From positions 66,714,001 through 66,778,000 of the forward strand of contig NC_086097.1 in NCBI RefSeq assembly GCF_963921235.1: a stretch of 64,000 nucleotides of DNA. The letters are read 5' to 3'. The notes under the pieces were generated by a model that worked only from the letters and a program-made list of their open reading frames with translations, made no database searches and was not told where the DNA came from. Shown one piece after another: positions 1 to 11,142 of this stretch (the stretch's first letter is position 1; each line of letters starts with the position of its first letter). A program made the position numbers and the translations under genes. The DNA comes from Mobula hypostoma. Its lineage: Eukaryota.

Positions 1-1915
1 TGGAAAATCTAGTCAGGTGGAAGAAGGCAGCATACATGAGGTTTAGGAAGCAAGGATCAGATGGGTCTATTGAGGAATTTAGGGTAGCAAGAAAGGAGCT
101 TAAGAAGGGGCTGAGGAGAGCAAGAAGGGGGCATGAGAAGGCCTTGGCGACTAGGGTAAAGGAAAACCCCAAGGCATTCTTCAGTTATGTGAAGAACAAA
201 AGGATGACAGGAGTGAAGGTAGGACCGATTAGAGATAAAGGTGGGAAGATGTGCCTGGAGGCTGTGGAAGTGAGCGAGGTCCTCAATGAATACTTATCTT
301 CGGTATTCACCAATGAGAAGGAACTTGATGACGGCGAGGACAATATGAATGAGGTTGATGTTCTGGAGCATATTGATATTAAGGGAGAGGAGGTGTTGGA
401 GTTGTTAAAATACATTATGACAGAGGGATATTAGAGGAAGGCGAGGGAAGAGATTGCTGAGCCGCTGGGTAGCATCTTTATGTCCTCGTAGTCCACAGGA
501 ATGGTAACAGAGGATTGGAGGGAGGTGAATGTTGTCCTCTTGTTCAAAAAAGGTAGTAGGGGTATTCTGGGTAATTATCGACCAGTGAGTCTTACGTCTG
601 TGGTGGGAAAGCTGTTGGAAAAGATTCTTTGAGAAAGGATCTATGGGCATTTAGAGAATCATGGTATCTTCAGGGACAGTCAGCATGGCTTTGTGAAGGG
701 CAGATCGTGTCTAACAAGCCTGATAGAGTTCTTTGAGGAGGTGACCAGGCATATAGATGAGGGAAGTGCAGTGGATGTGATCTACATGGATTTTAGTAAG
801 GCATTTGACAAGGTTCCACATGGTAGGCTTATTCAGAAAGTCAGAAGGCATGGGACCCAGGGAAGTTTGGCCAGGTAGATTCAGAATTGGCTTGCCTACA
901 GAAAGCAGAGGGTCGTGGTGGAGGGAGTACATTTGGATTGGAGGGTTGTGACTAGTGGTGTCCCACAAGGATCTGTTCTGGGACCTCTACTTTTTGTGAT
1001 TTTTATTAACGACCTGGGTGTGGGGGTAGAAGGGTGGGTTGGCAAGTTTGCAGACGACACAAAGGTTGGTGGTGTTGTAGATAGTGTAGAGGATTGCCAA
1101 AGATTGCAGAGAGAAGTGGGCTGAGAAGTGGCAGATGGAGTTCAACCCGGAGAAGTGTGAGGTGGTACACTTTGGAAGGACAAACTCCAAGGCAGAGTAC
1201 AAAGTAAATGGTAGGATACTTGGTAGTGTGGAGGAGCAGAGGGATCTGGGGATACATATCCACAGATCCCTGAAAGTTGCCTCAGAGGTGGATAGGGTAG
1301 TTAAGAAAGCTTATGGGATGTTGGCTTTCATAAGTCGAGGGATAGAGTTTAAGAGTCGCGATGTAATGATGCAGCTCTATAAAACTCTGGTTAGGCCACA
1401 CTTGGAGTACTGTGTCCAGTTCTGGTCGCCTCACTATAGGAAGGATGTGGAAGCATTGGAAAGGGTACAGAGGAGATTTACCAGGATGCTGCCTGGTTTA
1501 GAAAGTATGCATTATGATCAGAGATTAAGGGAGCTAGGGCTTTACTCTTTGGAGAGAAGGAGGATGAGAGGAGACATGATAGAGGTGTACAAGATAATAA
1601 GAGGAATAGATAGAGTGGATAGCCAGCGCCTCTTCCCCAGGGCACCACTGCTCAATACAAGAGGACATGGCTTTAAGGTAAGGGGTAGGAAGTTCAAGGG
1701 GGATATTAGAGGAAGGTTTTTTACTCAGAAAGTGGTTGGTGTGTGGAATGCACTGCCTGAGTCAATGGTGGAGGCAGATACACTAGTGAAGTTTAAGAGA
1801 CTACTAGACAGGTATATGGAGGAATCTAAGGTGGAGGCTTATATGGGAGGCAGGGTTTGAGGGTCGGCACAACATTGTGGGCCGAAAGGCCTGTACTGTG
1901 CTGTACTATTCTATG
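1..1915 (+). mobile_element. CR1-clade LINE, 3' part of ORF2 (RT) plus 3' UTR; decayed
   Basis: ORFs 36-434, 693-878, 915-1124 and 1135-1860 give CR1 RT motifs ([44 protein letters not shown]). Ends in a TTCTATG-type tail. Stops and small deletions are present. Confidence 0.95.
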
Positions 1916-2110
1916 AACTGAAGCCTGAAGATATGTAACTGAGAAGTCATACTGGGGAAAAGATCATTCCTGTGGGAATGATATTCATTACAGTGAAATA
2001 CATTGGGCTTGTACGTGGTACAAACAAAGAAGGTCCATTTTCTGGGGTTGTGATTGGCTGAGACAACTACAACTTGATTGGAGATCCATCCACCATTTGT
2101 ATGTCACATT
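1915..2110 (+). mobile_element. Gypsy-type LTR retrotransposon protease-region fragment
   Basis: Hand translation gives LRSHTGEKIIPVGMIFITVKY...DWLRQLQLDWRSIHHL, which resembles the C-terminal half of a Gypsy aspartic protease; frameshifted. Confidence 0.6.
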
Positions 2111-2117
2111 CCCTATA

Positions 2118-2204
2118 TAGTATCTATAAAAAGTATTCACTGCCCTCCCCCTGGAAGTTATCATGTTTTATTGTTTTACAACATTGAATCACAGTGGATT
2201 TAAT
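2118..2204 (+). mobile_element. Orphan Tc1 terminal inverted repeat fragment
   Basis: TA followed by tagtatctataaaaagtattcac...ttgaatcacagtggatttaat matches the ends of the Tc1 at 35907-37531. Confidence 0.85.
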
Positions 2205-2390
2205 GGTGTGTGGAATGCACTGCCTGAGACAGTGGTGGAGGCAGATACACTAGTGAAATTTAAGAGACTACTAGACAGGTATATGGAGGAATTTAAGGTG
2301 GGTGGGTTATGTGGGAGGCAGGGTTTGAGGGTCGACACAACATTGTGGGTCGAAGGGCCTGTACTGTGCTGTACTATTCTATGCTCTATG
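2204..2390 (+). mobile_element. CR1 3'-end fragment
   Basis: Near copy of about 1737-1915; tail attctatgctctatg. Confidence 0.9.
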
Positions 2391-2569
2391 AAAGAACTTA
2401 TAATGCCATAAAAGAACTTCAATCGAGAAATCACTTTCATTCTCTCATCCAGTAAGAGCTGAAGAACTGGATTTGGCTTAACCTTGTTTGTTTATCATAA
2501 AAAACAGTGGGATCATTGCTGTCAAAGGCCTTTGAACTTTTAAACACAAATTCTTTAAAAAGCAAGGAA

Positions 2570-3390
2570 TGTAGTACAGTCCAGGACAAGAATGGGCCCT
2601 TTGGCCTATAATGTCTGTTCCAAACACCGTACCAAGTTAATCTAAATTTCTTCTCATGCCTTGCATATTCATGTGTCTGCCTAAAGCTTATTAAACATCA
2701 CAATCATATCTGCTTCCACCACTAACCCTGGCAGCTTGTTACAGGCAGCTACCACATTTTGTGTGAGAGAAAGAAAAATCTTGCCCCATACATCTCCTTT
2801 AAGTTTTCCCCTCTCTCACCTTAAATGCATGTCCTCTATGTCTTGACATTTCTAACCCAGGAGAAGGATTTTGTCTGTCTCTGCCTCATAATTTTCTAAC
2901 CTTGTATCATATAACCCCCTTTATACTCCGGTGCTCCGGAGAAAACAACCCAAGTTGTCCAGTTTCTCCTTACACTCATTCCCTCTAATCCAGCAAGCAT
3001 AGTAACCCTCTTCTGCACTCTTCCCAAAGCTTTCATGAAAGTAAGTTTGCCATTCACTTTCTTTATCACCATATCTACTTGCGTGGCCACTTGCAGGAAT
3101 AATGGACTTGGACTCTAAGATTCGTCTCCACATCAATTCTGTCAAGGGTCCTCCTAATAACAGTTTACATTTGTCCTCCCAGAGTGCAACAGCTCACTTG
3201 CTCAGACGAACTCCATCTGCTATCTCTCCACCCATACCTGCATATCTGTAACTGATCTATATTCTGTTGTATTTTATGACAGCCCTCTACATTTTCCACA
3301 GCTCCACCAATCTTGGTGCCACCTGAAAACATACTACTCCACCCAACTACATTTTCATTCAAGTCATGTACATATATCACAAAATTATAG
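2570..3390 (-). mobile_element. Old CR1 fragments
   Basis: Minus-strand ORFs carry degenerate CR1 RT text (ALGRVQKRVTMLAGLE; FVIYVHDLNENV...TKIGG). Confidence 0.8.
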
Positions 3391-3549
3391 GCTCCAGCCC
3401 CGTTGAGCCAAAGCCCTCCTACTGTGACTCCCTCTACACTAACACCCACTCTATAAAGCTGTCTTCTTTTCAAATTCTTCCCACCGGTCTAACTCAATGA
3501 CATCTACGTGCCTGCACAGTCATGCCTTGATCTTATAAGACCGTAAGAT

Positions 3550-4777
3550 CTAGTCAGCATGGCTTTGTCAAAGGCAGGTCGTGCCTTACAAGCCTGATTG
3601 AATTTTTGAAGATGTGACTAAACACATTGATGAAGGTAGAGCATTAGATGTAGTGTATATGGATTTCAGCAAGGCATTTGATAAGGTACCCCATGCAAGG
3701 CTTATTGAGAAAGTAGGGAGGTATGGGATCCAAGGGGATCTTGCTTTGTGGATCCAAAATAGGCTTGCCCACAGAAGGCAAAGAGTGGTTGTAGATGGGT
3801 CATATTCTGCATGGAGGTCAGTGACCAGTGGTGTGCCTGAGGGATCTGTTCTGGGGCCCCTTCTGTTCGTGATTTTTATAAATGATCTGGATGAGGAAGT
3901 GGAGGGATGGGTTAATAAATTTGCTGATGACTCAAAGATTGGGGGTGTAATGGATAGTGTGGAGAACTGTCAGAGGTTACAGTGGGACATCGATTGGATG
4001 CAAAACCGGGCTGAGAAGTGGAAGATGGGGTTCAACCCAGTTAAGTGAGAGTGGTTCATTTTGGCAGGTCAAATATGATGGCAGAATAAGACTCTTGGCA
4101 GTGTGGAGGATCAGAGAGCTGCTCTGCAGGTTGACTGTGCGGTTAAGAAGGCATACGGTGCATTGGCCTTCATCAATTGTAGGACTGAGTTTAAGAGCCG
4201 AGAGGTAATGTTACAGCTATATAGCACCCTGGTCAGACCCTACTTGGAGTACCGTTCTCAGTTCTAGTCAGCTCGCTACAGGAAGGATGTGAAAACTATA
4301 GAAAAGGTACAGAGGAGATTTACAAGGATGTTGCCTGGATTGGAGAGCATGCCTTACGAGAATAGGTTGAGTGAACTGGCCTTTTCTCCTTGGAGCGACA
4401 GAGGATGAGAGGTGACCTGATAGATATGTATAAGATAATGAGAGGCATTGATCATGTGGATAGCCAGAGGCTTTTTCCCAGGGCTGAAATGGCTACACGA
4501 GAGGGCATAGTTTTAAGTTGCTTGGAAGTAGGTACAGAGGAGATGTCGGGGATAAGTATTTTATGCAGAGAGTGGTGAGTGCACGGAATGGGTTGCCAGC
4601 AACGGTGGTGGAGGTGGATAAAATAGGGTCTTTTAAGAGACTCCTAGATAGGTACATGGAGTTTAGAAAGATAGAGGGTTATGGGTAACCCTAGGTAATT
4701 TCCAAAGTAAGAACGTGTTCGGCACAGCATTGTGGGCCGAAGGGCCTGTATTGTGCTGTTGGTTTTCGATGTTTCTA
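3550..4777 (+). mobile_element. CR1 LINE 3' fragment
   Basis: ORF 3614-4048 (YMDFSKAFDKVPH...KFADD) followed by a CR1 3' UTR. Confidence 0.93.
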
Positions 4778-5117
4778 GTTGTAATACATAGATATACCAA
4801 GAAAAGCATTACTGCTCTATGTTGCTACCTTTTTACATCTGCAACCATTTTACATTTTCAATTGTGAAGTCCAATTTATTATCATCAGATGTTTTCCATG
4901 TAATTATAACTGGGTTTCCCTTTTAAAATACTGTAACTGTGTACCTAACATAATCATTATTGGCTGGAGCCTTCCTTGGTCTTTTCATAGATCTTTGGCA
5001 ATCAGTCTGCTTTTACAATGTTTTGTTCTAGATTTGAACTTGGAAAAGGTTCAAGCAACACACATCAAAGTTGCTGGTGAACGCAGCAGGCCAGGCAGCA
5101 TCTCTAGGAGGAGGTAC

Positions 5118-5153
5118 AGTCGATGTTTCAGGCCGAGACCCTTCGTCAGGACT
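5118..5153 (-). ncRNA. Minimal type I hammerhead ribozyme motif (Penelope-type)
   Basis: Minus strand reads AGUC-CUGACGA-AGG GUCUCGG CCU-GAAA-C-AUC-GACU: both core boxes, stem II AGG/CCU and stem I AGUC/GACU. Confidence 0.8.
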
Positions 5154-6084
5154 AACTGAAAGAAGAGCTAGTAAGAGATTTGAAAGTGGGAGGGGGAGCA
5201 GGAGATCCAAAATGATAGGAGAAGACAGGAGGGGGAGGGATGGAGCCAAGAGCTGGACAGTTGATTGGCAAAAGGGATATGAGAGGATCATGGGACAGGA
5301 GGTCCGGGGAGAAAGACAGGCGGGGTGGGGGCGGAACCAGAGGATGGACAAGGGGTATATTCAGAGGGACAGAGGGAGAAAAAGGAGAGTGAGAGAAAGA
5401 ATGTGTGTATAAAAATAAATAACAGATGGGGTACGAGGGGGAGGTGGGGCATTAACGGAAGTTAGAGAAGTCGATGTTCATGCCATCAGGCTGGAGACTA
5501 CCCAGACGGAATATAAGGTGTTGTTCCTCCAACCTGAGTGTGGCTTCATCTTTACAGTAGAGGAGGCCGTGGATAGACATGTCAGAATGGGAATGGGATG
5601 TGGAATTAAAATTCCCATTCTGACCCACACATTTTAATTCCACATCCCATTCCCATTCTGACATGTCTATCCACGGCCTCCTCTACTGTAAAGATGAAGC
5701 CACACTCAGGTTGGAGGAACAACACCTTATATTCCATCTGGGTAGCCTCCAACCTGATGGCATGAACATCGACTTCTCTAACTTCCACTAATGCCCCACC
5801 TCCCCCTCGTACCCCATCCGTTATTTTTTTTATATACACACATTCTTTCTCTCACTCTCCTTTTTCTCCCTCTGTCCCTCTGACTATACCCCTTGCCCAT
5901 CCTTTAGTTCCCCCCCCCCCGTCTTTCTCCCCAGACCTCCTGTCCCATGATCCTCTCATATCCCCTTTGCCAATCACCTGTTCAGCTCTTGGCTCCATCC
6001 CTCCCCCTCCTGTCTTCTCCTATCATTTCAGATCTCCCCCTCCCCCTCCCACTTTCAAATCTCTTACTAACTTTTCCTTCAGTT

Positions 6085-6120
6085 AGTCCTGACGAAGGGT
6101 CTCGGCCTGAAACGTCAACT
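6085..6120 (+). ncRNA. Minimal type I hammerhead ribozyme motif (Penelope-type)
   Basis: AGUC-CUGACGA-AGG GUCUCGG CCU-GAAA-C-GUC-AACU: GUC cleavage triplet, with palindromic ACGU in place of stem III. Confidence 0.8.
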
Positions 6121-6867
6121 GTACCTCCTCCTAAAGATGCTGCCTGGCCTGTTGCGTTCACCAGCAACTTTGATGTGTGTTGCTTGAATTTCCAGCATCT
6201 GCAGAATTCCTGTTGTTTGGAAAAGGTTCAGTTGCTTAACTTGTTTGCATGTTCAGTCTTTAAACCTGTGCTACAGATTCCATATTGTCATTATTACAGT
6301 TACAAAACAGACCCACTTACCCACTAAAAGGATCACAACACAATCCTCAGAAAACAGTGTCTCCTTACATCTGCTATAGCCTCAGTTTTAACCACCTTAA
6401 ATAGTCAAAGAGGACTGGAGAGGAGGGTTCAATCAGCCAGGCTGTGTTTGATTAAGCTCAATGAGCAGAATTGTTAATCAATAAGATCTCCACCAAAGAG
6501 GCCGAATTAATTTGCCAGTATTGCAGACAAATCATCTTTGGTGCCTCAGCTTAAGGGGTAAACAGATCGAAGGCCTATGTGGTGCACGTCTCAGCAGCAA
6601 TCTGAGGCAGGAGGTGTCAATGACCCAAGTGCTAAAAATCAGCTCTATCAGTCAACCAGAATAAAGAGAAATGCTTTCCTCTTACCCACAGGAAGCTCTT
6701 CGTTTGCCCAGCTTTGACACTACACACAGCACTAAAGAAAAATAACTGGAGAAACAATTGTAAAGATTTGTGTTAAAAAGAAAACCAGAAGTAATTGAAT
6801 TATTCATATTAAATTCTCCTTGGATCTTTCCTTTCCTGAACCTTGAATAGTTTTTTATTTCTGAATT

Positions 6868-6975
6868 TTTCCAGTTATGATGAAAGCTAAACAAACTAAA
6901 ATGCTAATAGATTACCCTTTCTAAAGTGTGCTTGACTTGTTGAGACAGTACAGCATTGTCTCTTTTTATTTCACA
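6868..6975 (+). repeat. Old Penelope-derived short repeat with a decayed hammerhead relic
   Basis: ccagttatgatgaaag...cttgacttgttgag...cagcattgtctctttttatttca follows the same layout as the tail at 6085-6200. Confidence 0.45.
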
Positions 6976-7029
6976 GTTGCGTAGAGCAAGTGAAATAAAA
7001 TAGACGGATTGCGTAGAGCAAGTGAAATC

Positions 7030-7203
7030 GGCAATCGCTTCTGATCTGGGCCGACATTTACATGCCGGGCGGCACCTAATTAATTAGCTTGTTTATTTTG
7101 GCTTTTTTCTTAAAGGTGTGCTGGGTGCGTCCTGGCTACCGCTGCACCACTGCACGCTTCATGGCCCGGTATCGGTCCGTGGCACGGAGGTTGGGGACCA
7201 CTG
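7030..7203. mobile_element. hAT/Charlie-like DNA transposon end
   Basis: Ends in GGTTGGGGACCACTG (7189-7203) followed by CTCTATAG, a Charlie-type target site. The other end was not found. Confidence 0.55.
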
Positions 7204-7209
7204 CTCTAT

Positions 7210-7690
7210 AGGACTGTACTGGAGAGAGTGCAAATGAGATTGATTCATCAGGATGTTACCTGAATTGGAGAACTTTTATTATAGGAGATATTGGATAGGC
7301 TGGGTCTGTTTTCCCTGGAGCTAAGGATGCTGAGGAGTGACCTGATGGAAATATATAAAATTATGAGAGGCCCCAATAGGGTTTATAGTCTAAACCTTTC
7401 TCCCCAATGGGGGTATGAAAAGCAAGAGGACACAGGTGTATGGTGAGAGAAAGGAGTTTTAAATGGGATCTGAGGGGAATGGGTTCTACACACAGTGTCT
7501 GGAACAAACTGCCAAAGGAGGTGGTGGAATCACATGCTGTTACTGTGTTTGTGAGATATTGAAATAAACACTTATGTAGTCAAGACAAAGGAGGATACAA
7601 TCCAATTACACACAAATGCGATTAGTTTAGATGGACTAAAAGGCTGGCGTAAGTGTGGTGGATGCAAGAGCCCTTTCTGTGCTGTAGGGC
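7210..7690 (+). mobile_element. Old CR1 3' fragment
   Basis: Degenerate ctggagagagtgca...gtgacctgatggaaatatataaaattatgagagg, as in the other CR1 copies. Confidence 0.8.
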
Positions 7691-8139
7691 CATATCAGAG
7701 CAGGCTTGGCTTTAAAGCAAGGAAAACTGATCTTTCTAGCCATCTATTATGTGCTTTTCCTGGAGCATCTCTTGGTTCCTGACCTTAATTTGCACGTTTG
7801 ACTGCTGCCACACAGGATATGTGTAAGACACACGGAAGCTACATGATTGAGAAGCATGTTAACCTAATACGCCTGGAAATGCTTCTGTCTAGTCTGAGAA
7901 TATTTTTATCCTGACTAGAACAATGTAGAAAACTTTGAAGTTTGTTTGGCTCCTGGCGTGTGAGAAATTGGAGAAGGCATAACATTTCAGCCCTTTGAAG
8001 CAGCAAAATTATTCAATATTGTATATTCACAGCTAATCTTCACTTCCATTTATACTTCTCTTGTATTCCTTAATTTTTTCACAATATAGTTATGAAGGCT
8101 TATGAAGGCCTTTATGAGTCAGGACATCAACTAACTATC

Positions 8140-9497
8140 CCCTCTGCCATCCAATTTCTCAATGGACATTGAACCCTACTTCACTGCTTTAATTTCTTTA
8201 AATTATTTTTACTTTTGCACTACTTATTAATCTAACTACTTGAGATATATCTGCTGTAACTCATGTTTTTTTCTCTATTACTATGTATTGCAGTGTACAG
8301 CTGCTGCAAAGACAACAAATTTCACAACATATGCTGGTCAAATCCCCTTGTCAGGATACTGTTCATTGACTATAGCTCAGCGTTTTAACACTGTCATTCC
8401 TACAGTCCTGATCGAAAAGCTACAGAACCTAGGCCTCTGTACCTCCTTCTGCAAATGGATCCTCGACTTCCTAACTGGAAGACCACAAATGGTAATAACA
8501 TCTCCACCTCGCTGACGATTAACACTGGCACACCTTAGGGATGTGTGTTTAGCCCACTGCTCTACTCCTCTATACCCATGACAGTGTAGCTCAAATGCCA
8601 TCTATAAATTTGCTGATGATACAATCTTTGTTGGCTGAATCTCAGATGGTGACAAGAGGGTGTATAGGAGAAAGTTAGTTCAGTGTTGTCGCAGCAACAA
8701 CCTTGCACTCAAAGTCAGTAAGACCAAAAGGCTGATTGTGGACTTCAGGAAGGGTGAGACAAGGGAACACAAACCAATCCTCATGGAGGGATCAGAAGTG
8801 TAGAGAGTGAGCAATTTCAACTTCCTGGGTGTCAATATCTCTGATGACCTAGCTGGTCCCAATATGCCAATGCAGCTATAAAGGCAAGACAGTGGCTATA
8901 TTACATCAGGAGTTTCAGGAGACTTGCTTTGTCACCTAAAACCCTCAAACTTCTACAGATGTACAATGGAGAACATTCTGACTGGCTGCATTGCTGTCTG
9001 GTAAGGGGTGTGGGGCTACCGCATAGGGTCAAAGTAAGCTGCAGCAGGTTATAAAATTAGTCAGCTCCATCATGGGTACTAGTCTCTGTAGTATGCAAGA
9101 CATCTTCAAGGAGTGGTGCCTTAGAAAAGCAGCTTCCATTACCAAGGACCCCCACCACCCAGGACATGCCATCTTCACAAAGTTACTGTTGGGAAGGAGG
9201 TACAGAATCCTGAAGGCAAACACTCAGCGATTCAGAAACAGCTTCTTCCCCTCTGCCATCCAATTCCTAAATGGACATGGAACCCCTAAACACTACCTCA
9301 CTACATTTTTTTAATTTCTGTCATTTTGCACTACTTATACATAACTATTACATAACTATTTAATAGGCATGTATATACTTAATGTAACTTAGTTTCTTTC
9401 TCTATATTTATTTATCATGTATTTCATTGTACTGCTGCCATAAAGTTAACGAATCTCATGACAAATGCCATGATATTAAATCTGATTCTGACTCTGA
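8140..9497 (+). mobile_element. Rex1/Babar LINE fragments (3' tail piece at 8140-8340, then RT to 3' end)
   Basis: [38 protein letters not shown] near 8606; KDPHHPGHAIF...RFRNSFFPSAI; tail ctgattctgactctga. Confidence 0.9.
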
Positions 9498-9499
9498 TG

Positions 9500-10200
9500 T
9501 CTGTTGTCCATTTCCCCGAGAAGATCTGTTCCCAAATTATGCTCCAAAGTTCCTGCCTAATAGCATCCCAATTAGTTCTCCTACAATTTAATACTATCCA
9601 TATCACCTGCTCTTTTCTCTGTCCAAGGCAACGGTAAAGGTCAGGGAGCTGTGGACATTGTCTCCAGAATGCTCATTCACCAAGCAATCTGTCATCAGAC
9701 CAGCTTCATTGCCTAGTACTAGATTATGTATGGCCTCTCCGTTAGTCAGTCTGTCCACATATTGTGTCAAGAATTCTTCCTGGACACACCTATCAAATTC
9801 CACCCCTTTTAAACCTCTTCCACAAAAGAGGTGCTAATCAATATTAGGGAAGTTGAAGTTACCCATGACAGCAACCCTGTTATTCTTGCACCTTTCCAAA
9901 ATCTTCCTTCCAATCTATTCCTCTGTCCCTGTTGCTATCAGGGCATACTCTGAAAAGAAAGATTATTCCCTTTCTGTTCCTGACTCCCACCCACACTGAC
10001 TCTAGAAAATCCCTCCATGGTGTTCTCCCTTTCTGAAGCTGTAATACTGTCCCTGATTAGCAATACCACTCCCCTACCTTTTCTTTTAAACCTCTTTCCC
10101 TGTTTCTTTTGAAACACCTAAACACTGTTACATATAACAGCCATTTCTTCCACTTTGACGCCTGTGACAGTCTCTGTAATGGCCACAATGATACACTTAT
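9500..10200 (-). mobile_element. CR1 endonuclease-region fragment
   Basis: ORF 9603-9803 (EFDRCVQEEFLTQYVDRLT..AIHNLVLGNE); a GDFN-like motif near 9850. Confidence 0.8.
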
Positions 10201-10408
10201 CAGCCTTGTTTCTGATACTTCTTTCATTAAAGTAAACTCATTTCAATCCATCCAATTGATTGCATTTATGCCCTATGCACCACCTATCCTAACTCACTGT
10301 CTCTCCATACATTGCATCTACCTTTAGACCAACTGCTCCATCATCTGATGTATCTCCCCATTCTCTGAAGTTGAAACATGTTTGACTTCTAACTTATCTT
10401 TGTTCTGA

Positions 10409-11142
10409 TCAAAGTTCAAAGTAAATTTATTATCAAAGTAATTATACCAAGTGTCACCATATACAGTCCTGAGATTCATTTTCTTGTGGGCAATCACAAT
10501 AAGTACAAGAAACACAATAGAATCAATGAAAGACCACAGCCAACAGGACGGACAACAACCAATGTGCAAAAAAACCCAACAAACATTGCAAATACAAAAA
10601 GAGAATAAATAAATAAATATGCGATTAGTATCAAGAACATGAGATAAAAAATCCTTGAAAGTGAGTCCAGTTTAGTGATGGGCAAGTGAATTTGAGTTAA
10701 GTTATCCCCTATGGTTCAACAGCCATGACTGAGAGGTAGTAACTGTTCCTGAACCTGGTGGTGTGGATCCGGTACCTTCTTCCTGATGGCAGAAGGGAGA
10801 AGAAAGCATGGCCAGGGTGGTGGGGGTCCTTGATGAAGGATGCTGCGTTCCTGCAACGGTGCTCCATGTAGATGTGCTCAAGGGTGGTGAGGTCTATATC
10901 TGTGATGGACTAGGTCGTATTGACTACTTTTTGTAGGTGTTTCTGTTTAAGGGCATTGGTGTTTCCGTATCAGACATGATGCAACCAGTCAATATACTTT
11001 CCACCACACATCTATAGAAGTTTGTCAAAGTGTTAGATGTCATGCTGAATCTTCGCAAACTTCAAAGAAAGTAGAGGCGCTGCTGTGTTTTCTTCATAAT
11101 GGCACTTGTGTGCTGGGCCCTTTGAAATGATAACACCGAGGA
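10409..11142 (-). mobile_element. Rex1-type LINE 3' fragment
   Basis: Starts on + with caaagttcaaagtaaatttatt (reverse tail and polyA signal); body matches the copies at 24575 and 43795. Confidence 0.85.

Larger units (their letters stand above)
5054..6216. mobile_element. Penelope-like element: inverted (fold-back) pair of 3' ends/pseudo-LTRs with the GIY-YIG C-terminus
   Basis: 5050-5612 is the reverse complement of 5631-6188. Both arms encode FNSTSHSHSDMSIHGLLYC...RLEEQHLIF(R/H)LGSLQPDGMNIDF. Flanked by a 14-bp direct repeat TTGGAAAAGGTTCA (5040-5053, 6217-6230). Confidence 0.9.

Noticed and set aside
5028..5412. ORFs in the Penelope arms (also 5947-6327 and 35361-35772)
   Set aside because: They are incidental frames across a purine/pyrimidine-biased non-coding pseudo-LTR.
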